Shown: in pieces, positions 19,051-29,159 of the stretch | Numbering within the stretch: position 1 is the first letter of the stretch | Layout of the letters: the number at the start of each line of letters is the position of its first letter | Assembly (NCBI GenBank): GCA_965208125.1 | Contig: OZ242320.1 | Span: 5,600,001-5,664,000, forward strand | Origin: Candidatus Latescibacterota bacterium | GTDB taxonomy: Bacteria > Latescibacterota > UBA2968 | Length of the DNA: 64,000 bases | Reading direction: 5' to 3' | Program-made: the position numbers and the translations under genes | The notes under the pieces: model-generated | The model's database searches: none | The model's input: the letters and a program-made list of their open reading frames with translations, nothing else | What the model was told of the DNA's origin: nothing

Positions 19051-20265
19051 TTAATTCTTAATTCCTAATTGCTTTTTCCATGCCGCGGGCAGATTGCCTT
19101 GCAGGAGTTCGCTTTTCATGCGGATATGTGCAGTATCTCGATCTGCTGCATGTGCGGCCCAAAAAGTGCTATCTCGCGTGGTTGCCTCTGGCAGAATCAC
19201 AATTTCTGGCGCCTCAAAAATTGCGGGTGGCAAATCCGCATTGAGATCATAGCGATAGCAACGCGTTGTCGCTTGCGCGGTATAATCGCGTGTCTTAATC
19301 GTACAAATTTGACGCTCGGGCAACCAGTAATCGTTGAGATACCGCGTATTTTGCTGATAAACCTGCCAGTGATCTATGCCGCGCAATTGCAAGAGAGCGG
19401 GAAAATTGAGACGCAGATCATAGCCCACAAGTGAAAAATCGTCGCGGGCGATCCATATATCGCCGAGCAGCCCCGGCTCATTCCCGTGCCGCGGCGACAC
19501 ACCAATGCGCGAAACGTGGAGATCGCCCACCTGCACCGTAGAAATGCGTTCATAGTGGTAGTGTTCAAGAGCGTCGGACGACAGGGGATGCGGCGCGATT
19601 TCAAAGGATTTATCATCTACAATACCCCGCGCAGGGCTTTGCGTAAGCCCTGGGGAAACACTCAACCGCCACTTGCCCCAATTGCGTATGCCCGTAATAT
19701 GCTGCGCGAGGCTATCGGAGGATTGATAGTAGCCTTTGATCGTGTACTCAATACCCGCAACAATTTCTTCTGTTCTGCGGTGGATCACCTTCTGACTGCT
19801 GTACGCATCAAATGCGTACGCAGCCATATTTGCGTAACCAGTGTGGAGATATTCGAAGCGAGTGCTCGCAATCAGGCGACGGATCAGATCGGGTGCTGAA
19901 AGATCCTGTACTGTGGTTTCTTCCCGCAGGAGTATAGGGATGGGTAAAAGTGAAAATTCCAGCGTGGAGATCAAACCGCGCGAAAGCACGAGGGTTGTGT
20001 CCGACGGGGCATAACCGTGGTGGCGTACCTGAATGCGGATAACTCCCGGCGCGAGTCCTTCTATCTCAATGCGCCCATGCAAGTCAGTAAGGTGAACGCG
20101 GGGAAATTCGCTCGCTCGGCGGATAACAACGGTGGCATAAGGCAGGCTCGCACCGGTATCGACATCGCGACACTGCACGTCGAGAACAGATGTTGAATCA
20201 GTCTGGGCAAGTGAAATTGAAGGCCAGAGAAAAACAGAAAAAAAAAGAGGCAAAAAGCGGATCAT
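19051..20265 (-). CDS. Secreted protein with carboxypeptidase-regulatory-like N-domain (DUF5686-like C-domain)
   Basis: Signal peptide from MIRFLP; DTGASLPYATV..TDLHG..HGY beta-sandwich pattern; GDIWIARDDFSL; RDSTFW. Confidence 0.6.
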   Translation of the reverse strand: MIRFLPLFFSVFLWPSISLAQTDSTSVLDVQCRDVDTGASLPYATVVIRRASEFPRVHLTDLHGRIEIEGLAPGVIRIQVRHHGYAPSDTTLVLSRGLISTLEFSLLPIPILLREETTVQDLSAPDLIRRLIASTRFEYLHTGYANMAAYAFDAYSSQKVIHRRTEEIVAGIEYTIKGYYQSSDSLAQHITGIRNWGKWRLSVSPGLTQSPARGIVDDKSFEIAPHPLSSDALEHYHYERISTVQVGDLHVSRIGVSPRHGNEPGLLGDIWIARDDFSLVGYDLRLNFPALLQLRGIDHWQVYQQNTRYLNDYWLPERQICTIKTRDYTAQATTRCYRYDLNADLPPAIFEAPEIVILPEATTRDSTFWAAHAADRDTAHIRMKSELLQGNLPAAWKKQLGIKN

Positions 20266-21353
20266 TGTTTTTTGCCGCGCGAGAGAATATCCCACACGAC
20301 TTCGACTCGATCATTGCGCGTACCGTAGATCTGATCGTGTAAAAATACGGTCATGTCGGAATAACCGGAAATAAATTGAATTTTATCGCCAATCTTTAGC
20401 TCACTATTCGTCAGGCTGAGCAACGCGTGTTCAGCCGCCAGGCCCGTTACGACAACATCTGTTCGGTCTTTGACCTCGGGCAATGAAGGATGGCTACTCG
20501 TTGTCTTGCGTCCGGCATCGGCGACTGCGCGATCGGGAGCCGCGCGACTGATAACCGTAGTCAACACGGAAAGTGCGTGTTCCAAACCGCGAACATGGAG
20601 TCCATCGCGATAATAAGTATCCATAAAAATGCCCCCGCCAGCCTGTATCTCAGTAATACCGGGAAAATCGGGGGTAAACGCGAGCGTGCCCGTGCCACCC
20701 GCGCTGACAATACCCACGCGCAACCCCGCATTCTCAATGAGATTGCGCGTCTTTGACAATTCTCCCACAGCCTTCCTGCATGCGGCTTCTTTGGCGGCAT
20801 CATCCAGAGCCATTGCATGGCCTTCGTAACCCATAATCCCCGCAAAAACCACACCGGGCGCGGCATCAGCCTGCTGTGCCAGCGCGAGAGTTGGACCACC
20901 CGGCGGCACCCCACAGCGTTTCATACCGACATCTACTTCAATAAGCACGCGCACATCAACGCCAATATCTGTGGCCGCGTCACTTATCGCGTGGATATGA
21001 ACGGGATCGTCAACCGCCACCATAACATCTGCGCGGCGGCACAGATTGACCAGACGCGCGACTTTTTCTCGCCCAACAACTTGATTGGCGACGAGTATGT
21101 CCGAAATCCCGGCGTCTGCCAGCACTTCGGCTTCGCCGAGTTTGGCACAGGTAATGCCAATAGCACCTGCGCGCAGTTGTTTGTGGGCAATAGCGGGCGT
21201 CTTGTGGCCCTTGGCATGAGGACGCCAGTGCAACCCGCTGTCTCGACATCGAGCCGCCATCTTCTGGATATTATTTTCCATCTTATCCAGATCAATGAGC
21301 AACGCGGGTGTGTCGAGCATCTGTATAGATTGACCAATCGGAGAATAGGGCAT
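20262..21353 (-). CDS. DSD1/D-threonine aldolase family PLP enzyme (alanine racemase fold)
   Basis: LDTPALLIDLD, WRPHAKGHK, GIMGYEGH, SAGGTGT, DAGRKT, AEH. Confidence 0.9.
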   Translation of the reverse strand: MPYSPIGQSIQMLDTPALLIDLDKMENNIQKMAARCRDSGLHWRPHAKGHKTPAIAHKQLRAGAIGITCAKLGEAEVLADAGISDILVANQVVGREKVARLVNLCRRADVMVAVDDPVHIHAISDAATDIGVDVRVLIEVDVGMKRCGVPPGGPTLALAQQADAAPGVVFAGIMGYEGHAMALDDAAKEAACRKAVGELSKTRNLIENAGLRVGIVSAGGTGTLAFTPDFPGITEIQAGGGIFMDTYYRDGLHVRGLEHALSVLTTVISRAAPDRAVADAGRKTTSSHPSLPEVKDRTDVVVTGLAAEHALLSLTNSELKIGDKIQFISGYSDMTVFLHDQIYGTRNDRVEVVWDILSRGKKQ

Positions 21354-21379
21354 AATAAACCTTTTAACTTTCTAACCTA

Positions 21380-22393
21380 TCACCTGAGATGAACATTGCT
21401 ACCGCCCCACTCAGAAAGCGGAGGCAAGATGCCATCGTCAATAGTCTGGTCCCGCAACGCAGTCAGATGGGCGTAGGATTCGCGCAGGGCATTGATATCG
21501 TCTTCGGTACCTTCGGGCATGGACCAACTCACGCCCGACGCAGACAGGGCCACAGGCATAGCCATCATAATATTGTCAAATTCCCCATCATTGAGATATG
21601 CACCGCAGGGCCAATCATAGGACTCGCCCACCAGAACGCCGCGCAGCATAAAAACACTCTGCTGTGCCGGCGATTGAAACGAAGAACGCCCGCGCAGATC
21701 GATAATGCGAGCACCACCCCCGCGCACATGTTCTTGGACACCTGCCCATTCATCGGCACTCATGCCAACGCCATTGACGGTCACTCCATTGAGAATATCG
21801 GTGAGAGGCGTGCCGTCAATCTGAATACCGCCGATAAACACGGCCATCTGTTCGCCGTGTCCCCCGTACGTGCGGCAACCCGTGACTTTGCTTTGCAAAA
21901 TACCGAAATGTTGTGCCAGTCGGGTTTGCAAGCGCGTGCTATCAAGTGCAGCAAGAGTCGTCACGCGACCGGGTTCGAGTCCCGAATGTACCAATGTAGT
22001 CAGCCCCGTGATGTCGGCGGGATTAAAAATAATGATGACAAACTTACAATTTGGACAATACTGTTTGATATCCAGGCCGAGTTGTTTGGCAATTTCTGCA
22101 TTGTCGCGCCGCAAGTCTTCACGCGTCATGCCTTCTTTGCGCGGCGCGCCCCCGGAACTGATAACATAAGAAGCACCTTCAAGCGCTTCGGCAACATCGG
22201 TAGTCCACGTCACATCGGCATTGGGGAAACCACAGTGATAAACCTCCTCGGCCGCACCTTCAAGCCCCGGCGCAAAAGGATCGTACATAGATACGCGAGA
22301 CGCCGTGCCCGAAGACAGGAGCGTTTGCGCAAGGTTAGAACCAATGGCACCTGCTGCGCCCATTACAGCAACTTTTTCATCTGTCAGATACAT
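21380..22393 (-). CDS. mdh: Malate dehydrogenase (LDH/MDH family)
   Basis: GAAGAIG Rossmann motif, GAPRKEGMTREDL, NPAD, LDSTR, GGHG; start MYLTDEK. Confidence 0.88.
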   Translation of the reverse strand: MYLTDEKVAVMGAAGAIGSNLAQTLLSSGTASRVSMYDPFAPGLEGAAEEVYHCGFPNADVTWTTDVAEALEGASYVISSGGAPRKEGMTREDLRRDNAEIAKQLGLDIKQYCPNCKFVIIIFNPADITGLTTLVHSGLEPGRVTTLAALDSTRLQTRLAQHFGILQSKVTGCRTYGGHGEQMAVFIGGIQIDGTPLTDILNGVTVNGVGMSADEWAGVQEHVRGGGARIIDLRGRSSFQSPAQQSVFMLRGVLVGESYDWPCGAYLNDGEFDNIMMAMPVALSASGVSWSMPEGTEDDINALRESYAHLTALRDQTIDDGILPPLSEWGGSNVHLR

Positions 22394-22422
22394 CGATACT
22401 CCTCTTTCTGGGAAATGATTGA

Positions 22423-22451
22423 GAAAACCCCGCACTTTGGTACGGGGTTTT
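22423..22451 (-). terminator. Hairpin terminator after the TPR gene
   Basis: AAAACCCCG-loop-CGGGGTTTT. Confidence 0.6.
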
Positions 22452-22506
22452 GAGGATTGATTTATTTATCTAAATACCCACTGTGGTTAGAACGAAACGC
22501 AATGGA

Positions 22507-23688
22507 TCAGTTCTGGCTCTGAAGTGCCTCGTACATCTGAAATGCCTCAGTTGCTTTTTTCACACATTCTGCGGCAACTTCGCCTTCCGAGACTTCGGAC
22601 TTGCGCGCATAAACGCGAGACAACGCAGCCCATGCTCTGGCATTACTCGCTTGCAATTCGGTCACTTTTGTAAAAGCCTCAATAGCCCTGTCAAAAGCAT
22701 CTATTTTGTCTGCGAGCAGACCGAGCTGGTACCACGAGTCGATGTCAGTCGGATTTGCTTCAACGCTTTTTGCAAACAGATCAAGTGCTTTATCGCCTTT
22801 GTCGAGTTGCTTATACGCAATAGCGAGATTGAACAGCGCGTCCATATTATCGGGTTGTATCTCAACCACTTTTTCGAGAATTTCGGCAGATTTTTCGTAG
22901 TTCTCTGCCTGCAAATAAATGGTTGCGGCAATATTCAAAATTTTTGGATCATCGCCAGCAACAGCCAGTGCCTTTTCCGCTGATTCCGCCGCGCCTTCCT
23001 TGTCGTCCAGTCGATATTGGGCAATCGCCATTTGTTGCAAAATATTGATCTCTTCGGGATCAATCGCGTGGCCTTTTTTGAACATTTCAAGTGCTTCTTC
23101 AAATCGTTCGACATTCATAAGCGCGCCACCCAGATTGAAAAAGGACTGCGCTTTTTTGGGATTGAGCTCAATTGCTTTTTGATACATCTCAATACCCGCT
23201 TCTGAATTGCCCGTATTGAGATGCGTAATAGCCAGCCCTTCATAAGCATCGGCTTCATTGGGGTTAATCGTAATGGCGAGATCGAATTGCTCCAGGGCAA
23301 AATCGAACCTCTGGGCATTCATCCCCTTGACGGCCATATTGTAATACCGCGTCCAGAGTTCTTTCCGGTCGCTATTGACTTTATTTTTCCACTTTCTATC
23401 CGTTGCCAGATTATAGTGCTCATTCATCTCTTCAAAAAGCTCTTTCTGGCCGTATAGCCACCCCAAATAATACTGCACCTCGGAATCGTCGGGGCGCCCT
23501 TCCACCGCGATCAAATACTGTTCCAATGCCTTATCGTATTGGCGCTGATTGATATACAATTTGCCCGACCGTTTGGCTACAGAAGCCTGCCCTTTGGTCA
23601 CTTTTGCCTCTGCGGTCTGTACGAACAATGGCGTCGCAGCAAAGGCCAGTGCAAGAGCAACAATAAATCCGCGCTTATAAAATGCCAT
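22507..23688 (-). CDS. Secreted TPR-repeat protein
   Basis: Signal peptide (..TAEA), multiple 34-aa TPRs. Confidence 0.88.
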   Translation of the reverse strand: MAFYKRGFIVALALAFAATPLFVQTAEAKVTKGQASVAKRSGKLYINQRQYDKALEQYLIAVEGRPDDSEVQYYLGWLYGQKELFEEMNEHYNLATDRKWKNKVNSDRKELWTRYYNMAVKGMNAQRFDFALEQFDLAITINPNEADAYEGLAITHLNTGNSEAGIEMYQKAIELNPKKAQSFFNLGGALMNVERFEEALEMFKKGHAIDPEEINILQQMAIAQYRLDDKEGAAESAEKALAVAGDDPKILNIAATIYLQAENYEKSAEILEKVVEIQPDNMDALFNLAIAYKQLDKGDKALDLFAKSVEANPTDIDSWYQLGLLADKIDAFDRAIEAFTKVTELQASNARAWAALSRVYARKSEVSEGEVAAECVKKATEAFQMYEALQSQN

Positions 23689-23755
23689 GGGAATCTTCCT
23701 TTCTCAATGCAACCGGCGCGTTCCGGCAGCAGGTTAAATGACAATGCACACCGCC

Positions 23756-23784
23756 AATATATGCAGTGTGCAAAATCCTGTCAA
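23756..23784 (-). promoter_or_regulatory. Sigma70-type promoter of the TPR gene
   Basis: Minus strand TTGACA - 17 bp - TATATT. Confidence 0.55.
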
Positions 23785-23814
23785 GTCTCTGCGAACTGCA
23801 CGCCGCTATTGCCC

Positions 23815-24000
23815 TTATTGCTCCGAAAGAAGTGTGCCGCCTCTCGCCCAGTGATCGCGCGGGACATCTTCAATAACGACCATCGTGCCATCGGCTTTGG
23901 CATCGCAAATATTGACCATCGCATCGGTAATAGCTCTGGCGAGTTCGCGTTTTTGCTCGTGCGTACGGCCTTCGAGCATTTTGACGTTGATGAAAGGCAT
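23815..24000 (-). CDS. 4-oxalocrotonate tautomerase family protein
   Basis: N-terminal Pro (MPFI), EGRTHEQK, W..GG; 61 aa. Confidence 0.92.
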   Translation of the reverse strand: MPFINVKMLEGRTHEQKRELARAITDAMVNICDAKADGTMVVIEDVPRDHWARGGTLLSEQ

Positions 24001-24011
24001 GGTATCTCCTT

Positions 24012-25343
24012 TTAAAAAATAACGAGTTCTGGACTTTGCAACCTGGGAATCGCGGATTTGGATGCGCCAAAGGAAAAAGCAACCGGCAAGCTAACGCCAC
24101 GGATGGTACCCAGAGTTCTATTATTCTCGAGATCGACAATAAAAACCTGCAAATTGCCCGTTGTAGCAAATTCATCGAATCTTTCGACACCGGCGACATA
24201 CACGGTTTTACCGTCGGGCATGAGGCCAATATTGGCCACAGTTTCACCGACAAAAATTTCGGCAGTTTGCCTCCAAGTTTGTGTATCGATGACCACAATA
24301 CTTCCCCAGAACGCAGGTACGGAATTGCCCAATGCATCAAAGCCCAAAAAGAGACGACTGAGAGATACGACAAGGCGCGTGCCATCGGCGGAAAGCGCGA
24401 TATCGCGAACTTCAATGCCCAGATCACTGGCCTGACCGAGTGTGAGGCTATCGGCAATCGCTTTGGCACCCGCATCGACTTTGAGCACGCGGCCCCCGCC
24501 GGTATTGTTGAGATAAAGGGTTTGCCCGTCGGGCGAGATAGCCAATCGACTAACGGTTTGGCCTACAGATATGCTATCAATCAAAGCGGGAATACCCGTA
24601 TCAATAACAGACACGGCGTTTGCAAAAAAGCCGTGCCCAACGTAGAGGCGCGTCCCGTCGGGCGAGATGGCAATACCACTGGGAGAGGGTGGAACACCAA
24701 TGACGTCCAGAGATTGCCCCGCAAGCACATCAAAAACCTCGACTGCTGCACCGGATTCTTCAGTCACGTATGCAAACTGGTGATTGGGTGAAAGCGCAAT
24801 GCGAAACCCGCCCCGACTCGTGAATGCTCCGCCGGGTGCGACCGGCATTTCGAGTGAGAGTTGAAATTCGGGAGTTCCATCTTCAGTAAATGCGTGAAAA
24901 GTATCGATAGCTGCCACATAAAGCCGCTTGTTGATATTGGAAAACGCGATACCCCGAGGAAGATCGACGGCAAGCATTCGGCTGGGGTCGAGCAAATTGG
25001 TCGCGGTATCCATAACCTGGATATTATCACCTATAAAATCGCTAATATAAAGAAACCGGGGCGCGGGTTCTGCGGGTGGCGTCGTCGGACTTGAAGACCC
25101 ACCAAAAGCATTGACAAAAAGCAGAAAATCCGAAAAGTCGATTGTGCCATTGCCGTCGAGGTCGAGTTTTTCATCGAAATCATCCTGACCTGCGGACTTG
25201 CCAAAACCCTGAACAAAAGTCAGAAAGTCAGTAAAATCAACTGTGCCATTGCCATCAAAATCAGCCGACTTTGTTTCCTGGGCATCGAGCAATGGGGCTG
25301 CTAAAAACAGTGTGAGGGATAACACAATCGCGGTATATTTCAT
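24012..25343 (-). CDS. Secreted YncE/YVTN beta-propeller protein with N-terminal EF-hand/dockerin-like pair
   Basis: Start MKYTAIV; DFDGNGTVDFTDF and DLDGNGTIDFSDF; repeated IAISPDG..LYV blades. Confidence 0.85.
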   Translation of the reverse strand: MKYTAIVLSLTLFLAAPLLDAQETKSADFDGNGTVDFTDFLTFVQGFGKSAGQDDFDEKLDLDGNGTIDFSDFLLFVNAFGGSSSPTTPPAEPAPRFLYISDFIGDNIQVMDTATNLLDPSRMLAVDLPRGIAFSNINKRLYVAAIDTFHAFTEDGTPEFQLSLEMPVAPGGAFTSRGGFRIALSPNHQFAYVTEESGAAVEVFDVLAGQSLDVIGVPPSPSGIAISPDGTRLYVGHGFFANAVSVIDTGIPALIDSISVGQTVSRLAISPDGQTLYLNNTGGGRVLKVDAGAKAIADSLTLGQASDLGIEVRDIALSADGTRLVVSLSRLFLGFDALGNSVPAFWGSIVVIDTQTWRQTAEIFVGETVANIGLMPDGKTVYVAGVERFDEFATTGNLQVFIVDLENNRTLGTIRGVSLPVAFSFGASKSAIPRLQSPELVIF

Positions 25344-25469
25344 AACATTTCCTTTTTGAAGGGTACTTATGATACACTTGACTGTTGAGGCTGTCAATCT
25401 GATTTGATTACATTTTGGGACGCTTTCCATTTGCTTATGGTTCCAGGTTCCAAATAAATAGGAGCTATT

Positions 25470-26255
25470 GTGTTACCCGATTATCCGATGATTTTCTGGG
25501 TTTTAGCTGTCATTTCTGTAATTTTTGTCGGGATAGCCAAAGCCGGGTTTGGCGGGGGCGTCGGCATTTTGGCAACGCCACTCATGGCACTCGTCATTCC
25601 CGTGGCAGACTCGGCAGCGATTTTATTGCCACTCTTAATTATTTGCGACGTATTTTCCGTTGCACACTACCGCAAGCGTTTTCACCGACGCAGTGTAAAA
25701 TTACTCTTACCCGGTGCGGCAATCGGGATCGGTATAGGAGCATTATTCTTTGGGTACTTCAGCACAAATGAGCGCGTGTTGCAAATCGGTTTGGGAATTT
25801 TGAGTTTGTTTTTTGTCGTATTCCAGGCTTTGCGTGCATTAATTATGGGCGCACTTACAAAGCGGCATCCACACAGCGCAGAAGGCGTTCTCATGGGCGC
25901 TATATCGGGCTTTACATCAACCATCGCACATGCTGGTGGCCCTCCCACAACCATCTATTTGCTTCCCCAGCAATTGCCCCGCGACCTCTTTGTGGGAACG
26001 ACCGTAATTCTTTTTGCAGCGATCAACCAAATGAAACTAATTCCCTATTTGGGATTGGATATTTTGCGAGCCGAACATCTCGTCACAATCGCAATCCTAT
26101 CCCCATTGGGCTACGCAGGCGTGAGATTTGGCATTTTTTTTAATAAGCGTTTCACAGACCACTGGTTTAATATAGTCGTCTATTCAATTCTATTTGTCGC
26201 AGGCGTGCAGTTGATTCTCGGCCAAAATCTGATTCAATTGTTAGGGATTGTGTAA
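25470..26255 (+). CDS. TauE/SafE family transporter
   Basis: GIAKAGFGGG, SGFTSTIAHAGGPP; multiple TM helices. Confidence 0.88.
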   Translation: MLPDYPMIFWVLAVISVIFVGIAKAGFGGGVGILATPLMALVIPVADSAAILLPLLIICDVFSVAHYRKRFHRRSVKLLLPGAAIGIGIGALFFGYFSTNERVLQIGLGILSLFFVVFQALRALIMGALTKRHPHSAEGVLMGAISGFTSTIAHAGGPPTTIYLLPQQLPRDLFVGTTVILFAAINQMKLIPYLGLDILRAEHLVTIAILSPLGYAGVRFGIFFNKRFTDHWFNIVVYSILFVAGVQLILGQNLIQLLGIV

Positions 26256-26295
26256 ACTGTGAAATTGCCCTATTTTTTAGAAATGAGGAGCCGGG

Positions 26296-26406
26296 GACAA
26301 AGAAGTGGGAAGGAAGAGGGAAGAAGTGAGAAGGCCGCCCAACCCTGCCCCAAATCTGTTGCTTCATATCACACTTCTCCCTTCACACTTCCTACTTCAC
26401 ACTTCT
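26296..26406 (-). repeat. ~105-bp heptamer-armed element; copy 2 (inverted relative to copy 1)
   Basis: AGAAGTGAGAAGGCCGCCCAACCCTGCCCCAAA..GCTTCATATCACACTTC aligns with the reverse complement of 10516-10622. Confidence 0.75.
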
Positions 26407-26417
26407 GGAGGTTAGCC

Positions 26418-27068
26418 ATGGCATCGCGCATCTGCTTTATACTGACCTGTCTTATCGTTTTTGCCGGATGTTATACGCAACTCCGGGCACCGCGCGTTCA
26501 TCGTGAACAACGCGTAGAGTTCCCTATCCAGCCTTCTGAGAAGTCTGTGCAACGGTTTGAATATTATTACTACAATTATTGCAATCCATCTCCTCTGCCA
26601 TTTTATGGTTCGTACAATCCATATCGTCCATACCGTCCATATCGGCGATATCCGCTGTGGAACAGACATCGTCTCATCTGGGAATATTCGTGTTGGGCAA
26701 GTGTGTACGACCCGTGGTGGCGCGGGTGGTCGCCGAGGACTTTGGTGCCTCATATTGTATATGCCCCAGCAGTAAGACCTCAGATAGAACGCGAACAGGT
26801 CAATCCGCGTCCCCGTATCAGATACACAGGTGTGCGTGGCGCCCCCGCCTCGGCCAGCGCAATTCGGTCGGGCAGCACCACAACAGAAAGCACACCAACA
26901 ACACAACCGAAGAGCTCGCGCGGCACCAAAAAGGAAAGTACACAGCAAACTGAAAACTCGCGCAGCACAAAAACACAATCATCAGAAAAATCGGAAAAAA
27001 AAGAAGAAAAGTCTGAAAAGCGCGAGGAGAAACGCTCAACGCAGCGCCGCAGAGGGGGGATGAGATAA
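26418..27068 (+). CDS. Lipoprotein with Tyr/Trp/Pro-rich core and low-complexity charged tail
   Basis: GGAGG RBS, start MASRIC, lipobox FAG-C(YTQL); stop overlaps the next start (TAATG). Confidence 0.75.
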   Translation: MASRICFILTCLIVFAGCYTQLRAPRVHREQRVEFPIQPSEKSVQRFEYYYYNYCNPSPLPFYGSYNPYRPYRPYRRYPLWNRHRLIWEYSCWASVYDPWWRGWSPRTLVPHIVYAPAVRPQIEREQVNPRPRIRYTGVRGAPASASAIRSGSTTTESTPTTQPKSSRGTKKESTQQTENSRSTKTQSSEKSEKKEEKSEKREEKRSTQRRRGGMR

Positions 27069-28342
27069 TGTCCAAACACCTCTGTATTCCGACATTTGTG
27101 ATTTGCATCTTCGCGGTATCTATCCCCGCACAAGAAGTCGTTCTCGATAGCTTTTCTGGCATTGGTGCCCGCGCCATGGGCATGGGTGGTGCTTATATTT
27201 CCGTATCCGATGATTTTTCTGGCCTGTTCTGGAACCCCGCGGGATTGGCGCGGGTCGAGCGTGGAACCGTAAACTGGGGCGTTTCACACGACCGATTCCG
27301 CAACATATCGCAATTTTTTGACCACCCTTCAACACTCGAATTGCGCAGTACGCGCATAGCATCTCTGGGCTTTGTATATCCCGTTCCCGTATATCGCGGC
27401 AGTCTGGTCTTTGCCGGAGGCTTTGGGCGCAATCGAAATTTTGACGGGGGATTACAGATCGATGCGTATGATACCATCGCCAATTTTGATAAAACGGGAT
27501 TTTCAGAAGACAAAGGTGCTCTCGGCGCGTGGACATTGGGGGCTGCAATTGATCTGATGCCGCGTCTGTCGGCGGGGATATCGTTATTTCGCTGGGGAGG
27601 AACCAACCGCTTTTTGCAGGAATTGACCCTTGAGGATGTGCAGCGCGTGCACGCCGATACCATCCGCATCTTCCAGCGGTTTGAATCCGAGGAAAGCTAT
27701 TCCGCCTGGGGTATCCAGGGCGGCATTCGGTATTGGCATCCCACGGGTTTCCAATTTGGCATTGTGGCAACAGCCGCCACGCCTTTGCGCGTATCGGCTG
27801 AACTGGCAGATGAATTTGAAGACGAGTTTGAAGACCGCACAGATACCTATCCACGCGAATCTTTTTCGGACGCATATGAAATTCGTCAACCCCTGACTTT
27901 TGGAATGGGAATCGGATGGTCGTCGGGCGGATTGACGGTGAGCGGCGACGTGCATTACGGCGATTTGCAAGAAGTAACCTACGAAGTTTTGCCAGTAAAT
28001 ATTGCACCCAATGTCGATAATTTTCGGCGGCAATATCGCAGCGAAGCGCGGTTGCATTTGGGATGTGAATATGCTATTTCGCATTGGGGCATCGCGTTCA
28101 GAGGTGGATACTACCGCGACCCGGTACGCTATGTGGGAGGTGGCAGTGTCCCAGAAATTCAAATTGAGACGGATCGCAATGCGTGGACACTCGGTTTTGG
28201 CACCGAATTGGAAAAGGCTGTAACTCTGGATTTTGCCGCTGTTATTGGTGGCTACAAAACCATTGAAGGCAATCGCGCAGATCGCGTACGTGCAGTGCGG
28301 GTACTCGCTTCGGCGCGTTTTTATTTTTTTACAGGACTTTAG
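27068..28342 (+). CDS. Outer-membrane beta-barrel, FadL/OmpP1-like
   Basis: GARAMGMGGAY..DD.SGLFWNPAGL signature; amphipathic beta strands; aromatic C-terminus. Confidence 0.82.
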   Translation: MSKHLCIPTFVICIFAVSIPAQEVVLDSFSGIGARAMGMGGAYISVSDDFSGLFWNPAGLARVERGTVNWGVSHDRFRNISQFFDHPSTLELRSTRIASLGFVYPVPVYRGSLVFAGGFGRNRNFDGGLQIDAYDTIANFDKTGFSEDKGALGAWTLGAAIDLMPRLSAGISLFRWGGTNRFLQELTLEDVQRVHADTIRIFQRFESEESYSAWGIQGGIRYWHPTGFQFGIVATAATPLRVSAELADEFEDEFEDRTDTYPRESFSDAYEIRQPLTFGMGIGWSSGGLTVSGDVHYGDLQEVTYEVLPVNIAPNVDNFRRQYRSEARLHLGCEYAISHWGIAFRGGYYRDPVRYVGGGSVPEIQIETDRNAWTLGFGTELEKAVTLDFAAVIGGYKTIEGNRADRVRAVRVLASARFYFFTGL

Positions 28343-28358
28343 GGAAGGAGTTATCTAA

Positions 28359-29153
28359 ATGGGTCAGTATATTTCCCAAGCACAGTGGGCAACATTTGAA
28401 GCGCAGGGATATCTTCACCTTGGCAATGTGATGGACGATGGGGAACTGGAGGCATTACAGCAGCGGATAGATGCAATCATGCTGGGCACGGCGTCTATCG
28501 ACTACGATCATGTGATGATGCAACTGGATTCCGACCCCGAGAACGATGGAAAACCTGGCCCGCAGAGCAAAGGCCATAAATACGCAACTCTGGGGTACCG
28601 CAAAATTCAAAATTTGGAATTGGATCCCCTCTTTCTTTCATTTTTGCAAAAATCGCAGTTTCGAGAAATCTGCGAACACATCTATGGCAAAAATACGCCC
28701 GTAGATTGTTTCAGGGCGATGTTTATGAATAAACCCGCGCACGATGGCACCCCGCTGGTGTGGCATCAGGACCGCTGGACCGATCTAACTCTCGATCCCC
28801 AAATCACGATATGGACGGCTCTGGATCCCACGTCAATTGAGAACGGCTGTGTGAAAATTATTCCGGAATCGCATTACAGGCTGATCAATCCCGAGCAAGG
28901 ATCCGGATTTTTGACCGAAGAACACATCGAGACCATTGTATCTCAATACGAGCCAATAGATTTAATATTAGAAGCCGGCGACTCGGTTTTGCTCCACAAC
29001 TGGATGCTGCACAGTTCGGGCGTAAACACCACAGATATTGCGCGACGCGCATTCAGCGTGTGTTATATGCACGGTGACACGCGCTCATTGCGCGGCAGCA
29101 CCTTCACCCGTGTCTTTGGCAAAGGCGCAGTGGTTCCCAAAGCCGTCGCGTAA
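28359..29153 (+). CDS. Phytanoyl-CoA dioxygenase (PhyH) family Fe/2OG enzyme
   Basis: WHQD, WTALD, ENGC..IP.SH, LHSSG.N..RR. Confidence 0.9.
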   Translation: MGQYISQAQWATFEAQGYLHLGNVMDDGELEALQQRIDAIMLGTASIDYDHVMMQLDSDPENDGKPGPQSKGHKYATLGYRKIQNLELDPLFLSFLQKSQFREICEHIYGKNTPVDCFRAMFMNKPAHDGTPLVWHQDRWTDLTLDPQITIWTALDPTSIENGCVKIIPESHYRLINPEQGSGFLTEEHIETIVSQYEPIDLILEAGDSVLLHNWMLHSSGVNTTDIARRAFSVCYMHGDTRSLRGSTFTRVFGKGAVVPKAVA

Positions 29154-29159
29154 TCGCGT

